A stretch of 64,000 nt of DNA from Planctomycetota bacterium. GTDB taxonomy: Bacteria > Planctomycetota > GCA-002687715 > CAIWVZ01. A model generated the notes under the pieces. It was not told where the DNA came from, did not search any database, and saw only the letters and a program-made list of their open reading frames with translations. The translations under genes and the position numbers were made by a program. Positions 48,135 to 57,864 of this stretch are shown here, one piece after another. The DNA lies in the NCBI GenBank assembly GCA_044222185.1, contig JBGANV010000008.1:241875-305874 (forward strand), written 5' to 3'. Each line of letters starts with the position of its first letter. Within the stretch, counting starts at the first letter, position 1.

Positions 48135-48515
48135 GCCAGCGCGCGGAGCGACCCGACTGATCGGGGCGCGATACCGTCGGCATTCTCGAAGGCGCTCTCG
48201 AGGACGACGACCTTGGAGTGGACCGGACGGCGCCCGGCAACGGTCCTGACGCCGATCGCGGGCGGACCCTCCGGGTCGTCCAGGGCCGCCGCGGCAACGG
48301 CTCGAACCCGGCGGCTCACGGCATCGAGCGTTGGCGGGCGTTCCGGCGATCGACAGCCGGACGGTCGCCTCGGAACGCTACGTGCCGAAGTCGCTGCGCG
48401 CCCTGTCGGATCCGGCGCCCCGGTCGGCTGCGTCTGACGCAGCGTCCGCGTCGCATCGAGCGAACCCACCATCAGGGTTACCGATTCGAAACCGAAGTTC
48501 GCGCGGGGCGCTCGA

Positions 48516-49961
48516 GTGCGATTCCACCTGCAAGCCTCAGCGACGCTCGATTTGCCGCTGTGCCACGAACGACCCGGCCTCGGGGTACGCGGGTTGCACG
48601 TGACGGTGGCGATGATCGCCAGCACACTCACGTGCGACGCAAGCGGGCACGGATCCGCGTCCAGCCTCATCGGGCGCTGCCTGGCGTCTTTGATCATCGC
48701 AGCGTCTCTCGCAGGCCGGGCAAGCGCCCAGGAGTCCTCCGACGAGCCTGTCGAGGTCGTCGCGAGCGTTACCCGGCACCCGACTGCTGCGCCAGTGGAA
48801 AACGTGGCGGTCGCCCTGCGTTCGTTCCTCGGACCTCTGGCGTCGAGCGCGCGACGTCGCGCTGCGTTCGATCCTCCGATCGACACTGCCAGAACCGATC
48901 TCCACGGGCACGCCACTCTCACGTTGCCGTCTTGGTCGCTCGTCATCGACCGTCCGCTCGCGGTCGTATGCGGCGACGCTGGCGACCTCGTCCGGCCTTT
49001 CCAGCGTCAAACGTTCAGGCCACGCCTGCCCGTTCTTGAGTCAGGTGACAGGGTCGTCATGTTCGTGGACGAGCGAAGCGTGCCGCTCGCGAACGTGCGC
49101 GTCGCCATGCTGATCGGAGTCCACGACTCCTCTCATGTGGCTGCGATGCGCTTCGGGCCTCGATACGAGAATCTCGTCGTGGCGCGGCAAGGCGTCACCA
49201 GCGGGAACGGGTCGCTGTTGGTCCCATCGGGAGCCGTCGTCGCGATCGTCGACCGTGAACGGGATTTCGTCCCGGTCATAGTCGATGGGCGATCGATAGT
49301 CGTTCCGGGCTCGTTCGATAGGGCGACGGCGGATCCAAGGCTGGCGACCGCGCTCGATGACCGCCTGAGAGAGCCACCGGATGAGGAGTCCGTGAAACGA
49401 GCGCTGCGGCGTGTGCCGGAGGGTGGTGGCAGCATCGAAGGCGTCGTCGTCTTCGATGGTTGCAGCTCCGCCGAGGTGGTCGCAGTCAGCCCCGATGCCG
49501 TCCTGGACATCCTTGCGGTGCATCGCATCAGAGACGAGCGACCAAAACGACCGTTCGTCCAGACGAGTGGCGGTAGTGGAGAGCGTGAACACAGATTCCG
49601 GGTTTCACACCTCGCTCCGGGCCGCCACCGACTCCAGATCGCCGCGCCTCACTTCGCCCCGGCCCTCACCACGGCATTCACGATCCGAAACGGAGAGCAT
49701 CGCGCACTCGAAGCAGCGATCGAGCTGCGCCGGGGCGGCATCGTGGTAGTCGCTGGCACGATGGGAGGCGTGATCGTCGGTCCACGGAGCGCGAGCACGT
49801 CATTACGATTCGGTGGTCCGAACGGGCTGATCGACGGCCTCGGCGCGGGCACGATGACGATTCGATCGTGGAACGGCGGCTGCTGCGTCGGGCCCGACCG
49901 AGACGTGCGAGTTCCGGCCCAGGGCACGGTCGTCGTCGAATTCCTGGACGGCAGGCGCTGA
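48516..49961 (+). CDS. Hypothetical exported protein with carboxypeptidase-regulatory-like segments
   Basis: 481-aa frame, signal-like segment ending ASAQ, RTDLHGHATL and FRVSHLAPGRHRLQI; start uncertain. Confidence 0.5.
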   Translation: MRFHLQASATLDLPLCHERPGLGVRGLHVTVAMIASTLTCDASGHGSASSLIGRCLASLIIAASLAGRASAQESSDEPVEVVASVTRHPTAAPVENVAVALRSFLGPLASSARRRAAFDPPIDTARTDLHGHATLTLPSWSLVIDRPLAVVCGDAGDLVRPFQRQTFRPRLPVLESGDRVVMFVDERSVPLANVRVAMLIGVHDSSHVAAMRFGPRYENLVVARQGVTSGNGSLLVPSGAVVAIVDRERDFVPVIVDGRSIVVPGSFDRATADPRLATALDDRLREPPDEESVKRALRRVPEGGGSIEGVVVFDGCSSAEVVAVSPDAVLDILAVHRIRDERPKRPFVQTSGGSGEREHRFRVSHLAPGRHRLQIAAPHFAPALTTAFTIRNGEHRALEAAIELRRGGIVVVAGTMGGVIVGPRSASTSLRFGGPNGLIDGLGAGTMTIRSWNGGCCVGPDRDVRVPAQGTVVVEFLDGRR

Positions 49962-50230
49962 CCATTCGTCTACAGCCGGCTGATGGCCGGGTCGCCGTTT
50001 TTCCGCGTCGAAGCGACTCAGCCAAGGCGAGCGGCAGGGCGAGTGGGTCCAGGACAGGCCGACGGCGCCGGTGGACTGCGTCATCCGAGGGTTGTGAGCA
50101 CTCGTTCGCCCGAACGAGTCGGGCGCCGGTGGATCGCGGCGCACGGAGCGCGGTCGCCGCGGTACCAGACCTTGCGGTACGATGCCGGCCGCATTCCTGT
50201 CACCGCCTCCTCGTCTCGAAAGGAACCGAC

Positions 50231-52000
50231 GTGAACGTCAACACGAACCGCATCGCCATAGGTTGCGTCGTCGCCAGCCTCGTCCTCGCGGCAGCCCACG
50301 GGCAGAATCAGGCCCTCAGCGTCACCGCGGCGCCGCTCGGCGGTTACATCGAGATTCCCGCGTCGCCCCTGTTGGCGCCGCCAGCGTTCACGTTCGAGGC
50401 CTGGTTCACCTACAACGATTCGGGCCTGCCAACCGGATATGTCTATCCAACGATCGGCAGGAAGAACTTCGTGCAGGGCATCGCCGAGTGGTTCCTCCGG
50501 GTCGACGCCGGTAACAACGGAACCCGCAACCTCCGGCTTTGGATCAACGGCACGAGCGGCGTCGTGAGCGTCACGTCGCCGTTTGCCGTCGGTGCGTTCC
50601 TCAACTGGACGCATGTAGCCGCCACCTATGACGGCGCCTTTGCACGTCTGTACATCAACGGAGTTCAGGTCGCACAGGCCACCGGCACGGGCCCGCTCGT
50701 CGGACTCGGCGCTGCGACTCGGATCGGCGCTGGCGACGTCGCCGTAGGCGGTGCGAACGAGCGTTGGAACGGCCTCCTCGATGACGTGCGCATTTGGTCG
50801 ACGGCGCGCACAGCGCAGGAGATCAACGCCGGGATGTTCCAGCACATCCTTGCGGCGCCGAACCTGAACGCCTCCTATCAGCTCGACGGAAACGGCGTCG
50901 ACTCCTCGGGGAACAACAACCACGGAGCGCTCGTGGCTGGTCCTACCTTCGCGACGATTCCGTTCCCGGCGCCGCTCTACGAGACCAATTCCCCGAACTC
51001 GAGCCTGAGCTTCAATGGCGTGACGGGCACGGGACTCGCGAAGGCCGTGACGACCGTCTGCTCGACGTCAGTCGTGACCGTCAACTCGGACGGCCCCACG
51101 TCCCTTCCGTGGGACGTCGCCTTCAACACATCGCCAACCGTGCCCGCCGGTGCCCCTGGATCGTTCGTTACGGGGGCTGGCCAGGTCGTGAACATCGATC
51201 TGACGGCCGGCCTCTATTTCGTCTTCGGAGGGCTTGCTCCCGCCCTCTTGCCCTATCCCGGCACGTTCTCCGCCAGTTTCAGCGCACCCGCCGCGGGGAC
51301 GTATCTGTCGGTCCAACAGCTCAACGCCGATCCGGCCAACAGCGACGGGTTCTCGTTGAGCCAGGCGGCCCAGCTCGGCACTGCGGCGTTGGCAGTGCCT
51401 CCAACGCCCATTGCGGGCCCGACCGGGGACGACTCCCAAGTCGCCGTGAACGTGGGATGCATATCCTTCTACGGCCGGTCGTTCTCGACCCTGTTCATCC
51501 AATCGAACGGACGCATCACGTTTGGCGTCGGCAACACGGGATTCACTCCAACGGCCGCGCTGTTCGCCACGAACCCACCCAGTTTCGGATGCTGGACGGA
51601 CTTCAACCCCGCGGCCGGGGGCAGCATCACGATGACGGAGCCCGCCCCGGGCGTCATCAACGTCGCCTACAATGGCGTTGCCTATTTCGGCACGACGACA
51701 CCCAACACGTTCCAGCTCCAATTGGACACGAATACCAATTGGCTTGCGATCGCCGGCCTCACCGGGCTTGCTGCGGGTACGGGCAACATGCTCATCGGCG
51801 TCTCCGGTGGAGACGTCGTCGGCGCAACGATTCCCGCCCCAGCCAACTTCTCCCCGGGCGGGCTTCCCACCGTCGGCGCCACCGCCAACGCAACCGACAT
51901 GATCTATGCGCTCGGCGTTCGTGGATCGGTCACCTCCGGCATCACGCGCATCGACTTCTTCCCAAACTCGTACGGCAACTACGACTGGTTCAGCCAATAA
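50231..52000 (+). CDS. Secreted LamG/concanavalin A-like domain protein
   Basis: AAGGA SD before GTG 50231; signal peptide; FTFEAW, WTHVAATYDG..ARLYING, GLLDDVRIWSTARTAQEI. Confidence 0.88.
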   Translation: MNVNTNRIAIGCVVASLVLAAAHGQNQALSVTAAPLGGYIEIPASPLLAPPAFTFEAWFTYNDSGLPTGYVYPTIGRKNFVQGIAEWFLRVDAGNNGTRNLRLWINGTSGVVSVTSPFAVGAFLNWTHVAATYDGAFARLYINGVQVAQATGTGPLVGLGAATRIGAGDVAVGGANERWNGLLDDVRIWSTARTAQEINAGMFQHILAAPNLNASYQLDGNGVDSSGNNNHGALVAGPTFATIPFPAPLYETNSPNSSLSFNGVTGTGLAKAVTTVCSTSVVTVNSDGPTSLPWDVAFNTSPTVPAGAPGSFVTGAGQVVNIDLTAGLYFVFGGLAPALLPYPGTFSASFSAPAAGTYLSVQQLNADPANSDGFSLSQAAQLGTAALAVPPTPIAGPTGDDSQVAVNVGCISFYGRSFSTLFIQSNGRITFGVGNTGFTPTAALFATNPPSFGCWTDFNPAAGGSITMTEPAPGVINVAYNGVAYFGTTTPNTFQLQLDTNTNWLAIAGLTGLAAGTGNMLIGVSGGDVVGATIPAPANFSPGGLPTVGATANATDMIYALGVRGSVTSGITRIDFFPNSYGNYDWFSQ

Positions 52001-52113
52001 CCGTCAGCGTCCGGCGAACCTTTCAATTACCCACATCTCATGATGCGCTCGACCGAGCGGGCGCAACGATCGGTAATCGGACGTATGGGAGGCAGCTCCG
52101 CTGATCGTATGGC

Positions 52114-52567
52114 TGCTGCAAGCCACAGCATTCTGCATTTCTCTGTTCGACAACTCGTCACTGGCATTAGCATGGCTTTCCCGACGTTGAGTGACTCTCA
52201 TCGGTGCATCGTCGAGCGGGAAAGGCCATGGCAAGCCGCCGCCCGCAGGGACGTTACAAGACGCCCGACGAGATGTACCTCGGCACCGCGGGCGACGTCG
52301 CGAGGAGCCTGAGAACGCAGCGCGCGGTAGCTCGAACCGCGCCCCTGGCTGCGAACCGAGCCGCGCGCTGTGAGATCTGTACGAGTCCCCAGGCGGGAGC
52401 CGAGCCCGATGCGGCCTGACGGGCCAACCATTCCACGAGCGGCACGACCGAGTACCCGGCTTCGACTGGCGACGCAGCCGGGCGGCGCGAACCCGTTCCC
52501 ACGTCCCGACCACCTCGCCCCTGTCGAGTTCTCGAACAGAAAGTGCAGAATGCTGTGGCACTCAGCA
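52114..52567 (+). mobile_element. Internally deleted IS (MITE-like) related to the IS at 61640
   Basis: Inverted ends TGCTGCAAGCCACAGCATTCTGCA... (52114) and ...TGCAGAATGCTGTGGCACTCAGCA (52567); retains transposase C terminus TPDEMYLGT...CEIC. Confidence 0.75.
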
Positions 52568-52828
52568 CCGCTGAGCACCCAGCGCGCGGCTGCCCGTACC
52601 GCGCGCCTGGCCGCGAACCGGGCAGCGCGCTGTGAGAGCTGTACGAGTCCCACGCCGGAGTCTGCACCGAATGCCGCCTGACGGCCACCCGTCCCACGAG
52701 CCACGCGAACGAGGAGATGGCTTCGACCGCCGACGGTGCCGGGGTCCGCACCCGTTCCCGCGACCCGCCCCAGCGCCCGTGTTGTCAAGTTCTCGAACAA
52801 AAAGTGCAGGATGTTGTGGCACGCAGCA
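52568..52828 (+). mobile_element. Second right-end remnant of the same IS family
   Basis: Transposase tail LAANRAARCESC...AA* followed by an IR ending ...GTGCAGGATGTTGTGGCACGCAGCA at 52828. Confidence 0.75.
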
Positions 52829-53305
52829 CTGCTGGGCGCCCTCGACTCCGCCGAGACTCCATCTGATTTCCGGATGGCGGACGCTTCCCAAGTCGGTGTG
52901 GCCATCGAGCATGCGCTTGGTTGGCCAGATGGGTCCTTCGTCGAGGCCATGAAGGAGAACGCAGTCGATCAAGTCGAAGAGGCTTTGGAATCAAACCCAC
53001 TTGCCCAAGAGATCATCCAATGGACCGCTAACGGCGTTTCGTCGTGGACAGGTCCCGCCGCTGACCTCATGGATCTCCTAAATCGCCGCGTGACACCCGA
53101 CATGCGGCGCGCGAGAGGTTGGCCGGTAGATGCGGCGCGCCTAAGCGGCGCGCTCGGACGCGTTGCACCAGCTCTCCGTGCGGTCGGCATCGAAGTGATT
53201 CGAGGCGACCGCGAGTCAGGAACAGGACGAAGGCTGATCACCATCACGGCGACCAAGGCCCCGCCCCCGACATCCGACGGCGTGGAGGAGGGCGATGCCG
53301 TATGA
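52829..53305 (+). pseudogene. C-terminal fragment of a phage/island replication (primase/helicase-associated) protein truncated by the IS end
   Basis: RMAD...ALGWPDGSF, WTGPAADL, GWPVDAARLSGALGRVAPALRAVGIEV; the frame begins at the IS junction. Confidence 0.55.
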
Positions 53306-53748
53306 CTGCTGCCCAGGTCTTCGATTGCCTCGAGCGCGAGGGAATTGCCCTGTTCTTCGATGGAGATCGCCTCCGGTTCCGCGGCCCAAAGGAACGCTAC
53401 ACGCCGGAGTTGCGGGAACTCGTGCGCTCCCACGAGTCATCGATTCGATCAGCGCTGGCGCCGACATCTTGGAACGTGAGCCTGCAGGCGGTCTTCGTGG
53501 TCCGCTGGGATGATCTCGTCTCGGCGGGGTTGTCGGAGAACGACGCTCGTGCGCGCGCAGTCGCCGAGATCTCGAGCGCGGCCAACACCCCCGCGCCCGC
53601 GCTCACACTTCGGGACCGGCTCGGCATCGACCACGAGACGTTCATCACCATCTGCCGCCAGGTGATCCACCGCCCCGGCCCGTCGACGGCCGTGGAGGAC
53701 GCGACCGTCTGCCTCGAGTTGCTTCGACGGCACGGAGGTCGGCGATGA
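53302..53748 (+). CDS. Small phage-type protein with TubC N-terminal docking domain-like region
   Basis: GGAGG SD, ATGA overlap; LEREGIALFFDGDRLRFRGPKERYTPELRELVRSH. Confidence 0.65.
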   Translation: MTAAQVFDCLEREGIALFFDGDRLRFRGPKERYTPELRELVRSHESSIRSALAPTSWNVSLQAVFVVRWDDLVSAGLSENDARARAVAEISSAANTPAPALTLRDRLGIDHETFITICRQVIHRPGPSTAVEDATVCLELLRRHGGRR

Positions 53749-53864
53749 CGACCCTCCTGCTCTGCCCTGTCTGCACGGAGCCGATGCGCCTCATCGCCGA
53801 CCGCACCTGGCGTTGCGGCTGGTGCGCAACGGTCGTGATCGGCGGGTCGGAGGACGCCCAATGA
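53745..53864 (+). CDS. 39-aa zinc-ribbon peptide
   Basis: MTTLLLCPVCTEPMRLIADRTWRCGWCATVVIGGSEDAQ; GGAGG SD and ATGA overlaps at both ends. Confidence 0.55.
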   Translation: MTTLLLCPVCTEPMRLIADRTWRCGWCATVVIGGSEDAQ

Positions 53865-53991
53865 GCTGCCCAAGATGCGGCGCCCAACTCGCGATCCGCG
53901 ATATCGTCGTCGTGAAGTCGCCCCCCCACCTCTATGCGACGGGACTCGTCGCGTTCGCGCGGGTCGTCGTGGGGGGCCTCATTCTGGACGG

Positions 53992-55037
53992 TGGGGGTAT
54001 CGCCTTCATGCAGGAACCACGCTGGCCGTGCGGGCTTCGCCGGTCAGCAGATGGATTCTCGGCGCGCGTCGGAGCGCACCTTCCAGCGCGCGACGAAACA
54101 GGTGAGTCCGTGTGCATGCCGTGCGCCGATTGAAGCGGAACGTGAACTCTTCGCAGTAGAGCGCAGCCCACTTCCGGCTCCAAGACCCGTGATAGGTGCC
54201 CAGGATTAGGCGCCGGAGAAGTGAGAACACACGATGGACTCCCGGGAAGAACTTCGACGCGCGCCTGAGATCGCCGATCACGTCAACCTTGTGCTTGTAC
54301 GCGATCTTCAACCCCAATAGCCGCGCCATGCGTCCGTGCAAACCCTGGAACCCTCCTTCACCACCGTTGCCACGAATGGCTTGAGCGACTTTCCGCTCGC
54401 GTCGTCAACCGGCGCAAGCCTCGTTCGCCGGAGCCCTTCCTCGGTTTCATCTCGACGGCTCGGCAACGAGGATCGTCTTCACCGCCGCGCGCTCATCCTC
54501 TTTTGCCCGGTTCCGGCCCACCGGCAATAGGTCTCGTCGCCCTCAACCCTCCCTTTCAGCGATTCCCGCTCCGGCCGGAAAAACGAGTCACGGATCTTCT
54601 GAAGCCACGTCCACGCCGTGTCGTAGGCGAGCCCGAGGACGCGTGCGAGATGGGCTGCGCTACAACCATGCTTGGCCGAGAGGAACTCGAGGATCGCTTC
54701 AACCAGGTTCGCAACGGCGTCCGCGTGCCGTAAACATCGTTCCCGACAGCGACCGATGTTTGGTGGCCACAGCTCGCGCACTCATCGCGACCGCGCTCAA
54801 TGACGAAGTACGCACGCCGGCCGTCGCACTTCGGACAACAGGATCCCATGCGGCCACTTCATCGCTCGCAGGTAGTCCCAGCAGCACGCCGCTTCGTCGC
54901 GGAATCGATTCTCGAACTTGGAGCGTCTCGGGAAAGGCGGCATGCTTCATGGACTTGGTCCTCTGATCGGGAATGGCTCCACCGGCCGGGGGACACCGCT
55001 CACATCAGCCGACTCCTGCTCGAAGACGATACCCCCA
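53992..55037 (-). mobile_element. IS1595-family element, 1046 bp
   Basis: TIRs TGGGGGTATCG(C/T)CTTC..GCAGGA; 8-bp TSD CTGGACGG at 53984-53991 and 55038-55045. Confidence 0.9.
54006..54950 (-). pseudogene. Frameshifted IS1595 (ISXO2-like) transposase
   Basis: Fragments in different frames: CPKC...CASCGHQTS, YDTAWTWLQKIR, VEGDETY, YCEEFTFRFNRR. Confidence 0.85.
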
Positions 55038-55201
55038 CTGGACGGAATGCGCGTCCGAATCTCAGGCCGTGGCGAACCGTACGTCGGGTGGCCGTACCAC
55101 ACCGACGGCACAGGCCGTCGTCATCCGATCTCCCGGCCTGTCGACCCCGAGGTCAAACGCGCGGTCGATTCAGCCATCCTTGCCGCGTGGGAGACGACGC
55201 G

Positions 55202-55552
55202 GTGAGCACTCCTATCGCCGTTATGGACGAAAGCCTGTTGCGCGCAATTGTCGCGGAAGAACTGGCACGCCTATTGGGTCCCATCTGGGACGCGATCGCC
55301 GCCCCGGTTCGGACCGACGACGTTCTCATCGACGCCAAGGCGTTCGCCGCCATCCTCGGGACGAACCGCCGCACGCTACGCCGCCTCGTCCTTGAGCAGG
55401 CCGTCCCAGCACCCATGCGGATCGGAGGCCGAATCCCGCGCTGGCGCCGCATCGACGTGGAGCGGTGGATTCAATCTGGGTGTCAGCCACCTTTGGCCTT
55501 GAGCATGCCCCGGAGTCGAGGCTCCATCGCACGCGTGGAGGCTGGAACGTGA
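55202..55552 (+). CDS. AlpA/excisionase-like HTH protein
   Basis: LIDAKAFAAILGTNRRTLRRLV...PAPMRIGGRIPRWRRIDVERW; GTGA overlaps on both sides. Confidence 0.85.
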   Translation: MSTPIAVMDESLLRAIVAEELARLLGPIWDAIAAPVRTDDVLIDAKAFAAILGTNRRTLRRLVLEQAVPAPMRIGGRIPRWRRIDVERWIQSGCQPPLALSMPRSRGSIARVEAGT

Positions 55553-56811
55553 TGCGCAGATTCGGCATGGGATCGTTGATGAAGGTGGCGACGTCGGGCG
55601 GAGCGTTCGCCTGGGCCGCGAAGTGGACCGACGCGAAGGGCCACCGTCATCGGAAGATCCTGTCGACCGACAAGCGCGTGGCCGAGCGGGTCCTGGCGAA
55701 GACGATCCGGGACCGGGATCTCCAGGTCGGCGGGCTTGGGGACGAGGAGGCACCGGACCAGCTCTTGGCCGCGCTCATGGCCGAGTACCTCGCCGACCTC
55801 GCCACGTTCCGCCGGCCGAAGTATGTCCGGGCGGTGAGGCTTCACCTTGACGCGCTGATGGCCGACCTCGGAGCCGGTACCCGCGTCCGGGACGTGACGG
55901 TGCCACGCATGCTGCTCCGGCGGCAGAAGAGGCTCGCGGAGGAGTTGTCGCACCGATCGATCAACGCCGAGGCCGGGGCGCTCCGAACGGCGCTGCGCTG
56001 GTGCGTCTCCGCCGGACGCATCCCCGTGAACCCGATCGCGAACCTGCGCCCGTTGCCCGAGACGGCCGACACCAAGGTGAAGGTCCGCCGAGCGTTGAGT
56101 GACGACGAGATCGGCCGCCTCCTCGCCGCCGCGGACCAGGACGACGCCGACCGCGCGTCACGGTTCGCCGCCGAGAAGACGATCGCGAGTGGCGTGCTCG
56201 GGAAGGCGTACGCCGGCCGGAAGCGGATGGTGCCGATCCCGCAGGCGCCGCTGATCAAGACGCTGGTCGTCCTGGGCCTTCGCTACAACGAGGCCGCAAC
56301 GCTGACCTGGAACGACGTCGACTTGGACGGCGCGGTCGTCACGGTCCGGGCGGAGAACGCGAAGACGCATCGCAGGCGCGAGGTGCCGGTGCCGGGGTAC
56401 TTGGTCGAGGACCTGCGCGGGCTGCGCCAGTTCCACGTCCGGGCGCTCGGGCGCGCGGCGGACCGTGTTTTCCTGAGCCCGAAGCAAAAGTCGATTAACG
56501 CCCATGGGAATCCAATGCGGCTGCTGCTGGCCCGACTCCTCGAACGGGCGGGGATTGGGTTCAGAAACGAGGACGGGTCGGTCGCGGTCGACATTCATGC
56601 GCTGAGGCACACTTCGGGGTCGCGATTGGCGCGACACGGAGTGCCCATCACGGCGATCGCGGCGTGCCTTGGACATTCGAGCGTCGTGACGACGCAGAGG
56701 TACGTGTCGCTGCGCGTCGAGGACACGCGGAGGGCGGTTGAGGGGGTGCCGGAGATCCAGAACGCCAACGCTCAAGGGTCGCGAATGACCCGGCCCTATG
56801 ATGGTTCCTGA
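55549..56811 (+). CDS. Tyrosine recombinase/integrase
   Basis: Intact catalytic set: GLRYNE, AKT, HALRH, LGHSS, TTQRY. Confidence 0.95.
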   Translation: MMRRFGMGSLMKVATSGGAFAWAAKWTDAKGHRHRKILSTDKRVAERVLAKTIRDRDLQVGGLGDEEAPDQLLAALMAEYLADLATFRRPKYVRAVRLHLDALMADLGAGTRVRDVTVPRMLLRRQKRLAEELSHRSINAEAGALRTALRWCVSAGRIPVNPIANLRPLPETADTKVKVRRALSDDEIGRLLAAADQDDADRASRFAAEKTIASGVLGKAYAGRKRMVPIPQAPLIKTLVVLGLRYNEAATLTWNDVDLDGAVVTVRAENAKTHRRREVPVPGYLVEDLRGLRQFHVRALGRAADRVFLSPKQKSINAHGNPMRLLLARLLERAGIGFRNEDGSVAVDIHALRHTSGSRLARHGVPITAIAACLGHSSVVTTQRYVSLRVEDTRRAVEGVPEIQNANAQGSRMTRPYDGS

Positions 56812-57863
56812 GCATTACTCTTGGAATCAGGCGTCGGCGGCAGACGCGATTCAAGCGTCAACTGAGAAAGATCCAGCGACACGCGGTACCGGATCGGGAT
56901 CTTCGGATCGACGGCGGAAGCTTCGATCTCATCAATGACATAGAGACGCCTGTTCGTCGCGCCGTGTACCATGGCAAGGATCAAGGTCCACTCTGCGACT
57001 TCGATCAGGAACGAGACCGCCTTCACGATCTCTTCGCGAATCGGAACTGGTCGGCGCCCTTCCACGCACCACGTGGGCGGCGTAACGGACGAGGTTGGCG
57101 TGACGCCGAAGTTCTCAACCACCGTGCGAGTCGCCCCGGGATGCTCTTGAAAGTTCCTCAGGTCGATAAGGTGCTTCACACCTGGAGCCACTTGCTGCGC
57201 GAACGTCGTAATCTCCTCGGCCGATCCGACCCTCTGGCTAAGCGTCTTCGCGAGGTGTTCGAAGTTGGTGTCGGTTGTCGGAAAGTCGAGGATAATTCCG
57301 GGCAGTCGACAGATTTCGCGAATTGCGCGCTTCGAATGAATGAGAAATGTCGCTGCATCGGACTCCAAACCCGACACTTGCGGAAGCGGGTTGATCGCGC
57401 CGGTGCGGCGGTCCCGCTTGACATCTCCGCGCTCGATTTCATGTATGACACCGTCGATCCTTCCGGCCACGCTTTGCGCTACGCGCTCGCACACAACAAG
57501 CGCCTCCTTGCAACCATGCAGGGCTTGGATGACGTAGGCTTTCTGTCGTTCCGAGCGACAGCCGATTGCGTCGACGACGTCTCTGCCCTGCAGTAAGACG
57601 CGCGCCACTACTGCATTTCCGGATCCAACGTTGTCATGCGTCGTTATTACCCACGGAGCTGCTGGATTCGTTCGATCGGGATCAACGCAGTCGGGCGTCT
57701 TCACTCTGAAGGTGGCATCGACCTTGTAAACCTCCAGGAAATCGTCGAGTGTGCAGGACGCGACAGCTTCACCGGTCCCGCCCTTGAGTTCGAATGAGCC
57801 GGCTTCATCGCGGGGGAGTTTTCGCAGGGGTGGTGTTGGAGATCCCGTCATCGGCGTGAGCAT
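56796..57863 (-). CDS. Hypothetical protein with C-terminal RxxxxH (HEPN-like) domain
   Basis: Starts 1 nt after the kinase stop (TGAAATG); helical C half with LIDLRNFQEHP. Confidence 0.6.
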   Translation of the reverse strand: MLTPMTGSPTPPLRKLPRDEAGSFELKGGTGEAVASCTLDDFLEVYKVDATFRVKTPDCVDPDRTNPAAPWVITTHDNVGSGNAVVARVLLQGRDVVDAIGCRSERQKAYVIQALHGCKEALVVCERVAQSVAGRIDGVIHEIERGDVKRDRRTGAINPLPQVSGLESDAATFLIHSKRAIREICRLPGIILDFPTTDTNFEHLAKTLSQRVGSAEEITTFAQQVAPGVKHLIDLRNFQEHPGATRTVVENFGVTPTSSVTPPTWCVEGRRPVPIREEIVKAVSFLIEVAEWTLILAMVHGATNRRLYVIDEIEASAVDPKIPIRYRVSLDLSQLTLESRLPPTPDSKSNAQEPS

Positions 57864-57864
57864 T

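Larger units (their letters stand above)
53861..55205 (+). pseudogene. SpoVG-like gene interrupted by IS1595
   Basis: Removing 53992-55045 restores a 96-aa frame ...GLVAFARVVVGGLILDG|MRVRISGRGEPYVGWP...HPISRPVDPEVKRAVDSAILAAW. Confidence 0.75.
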
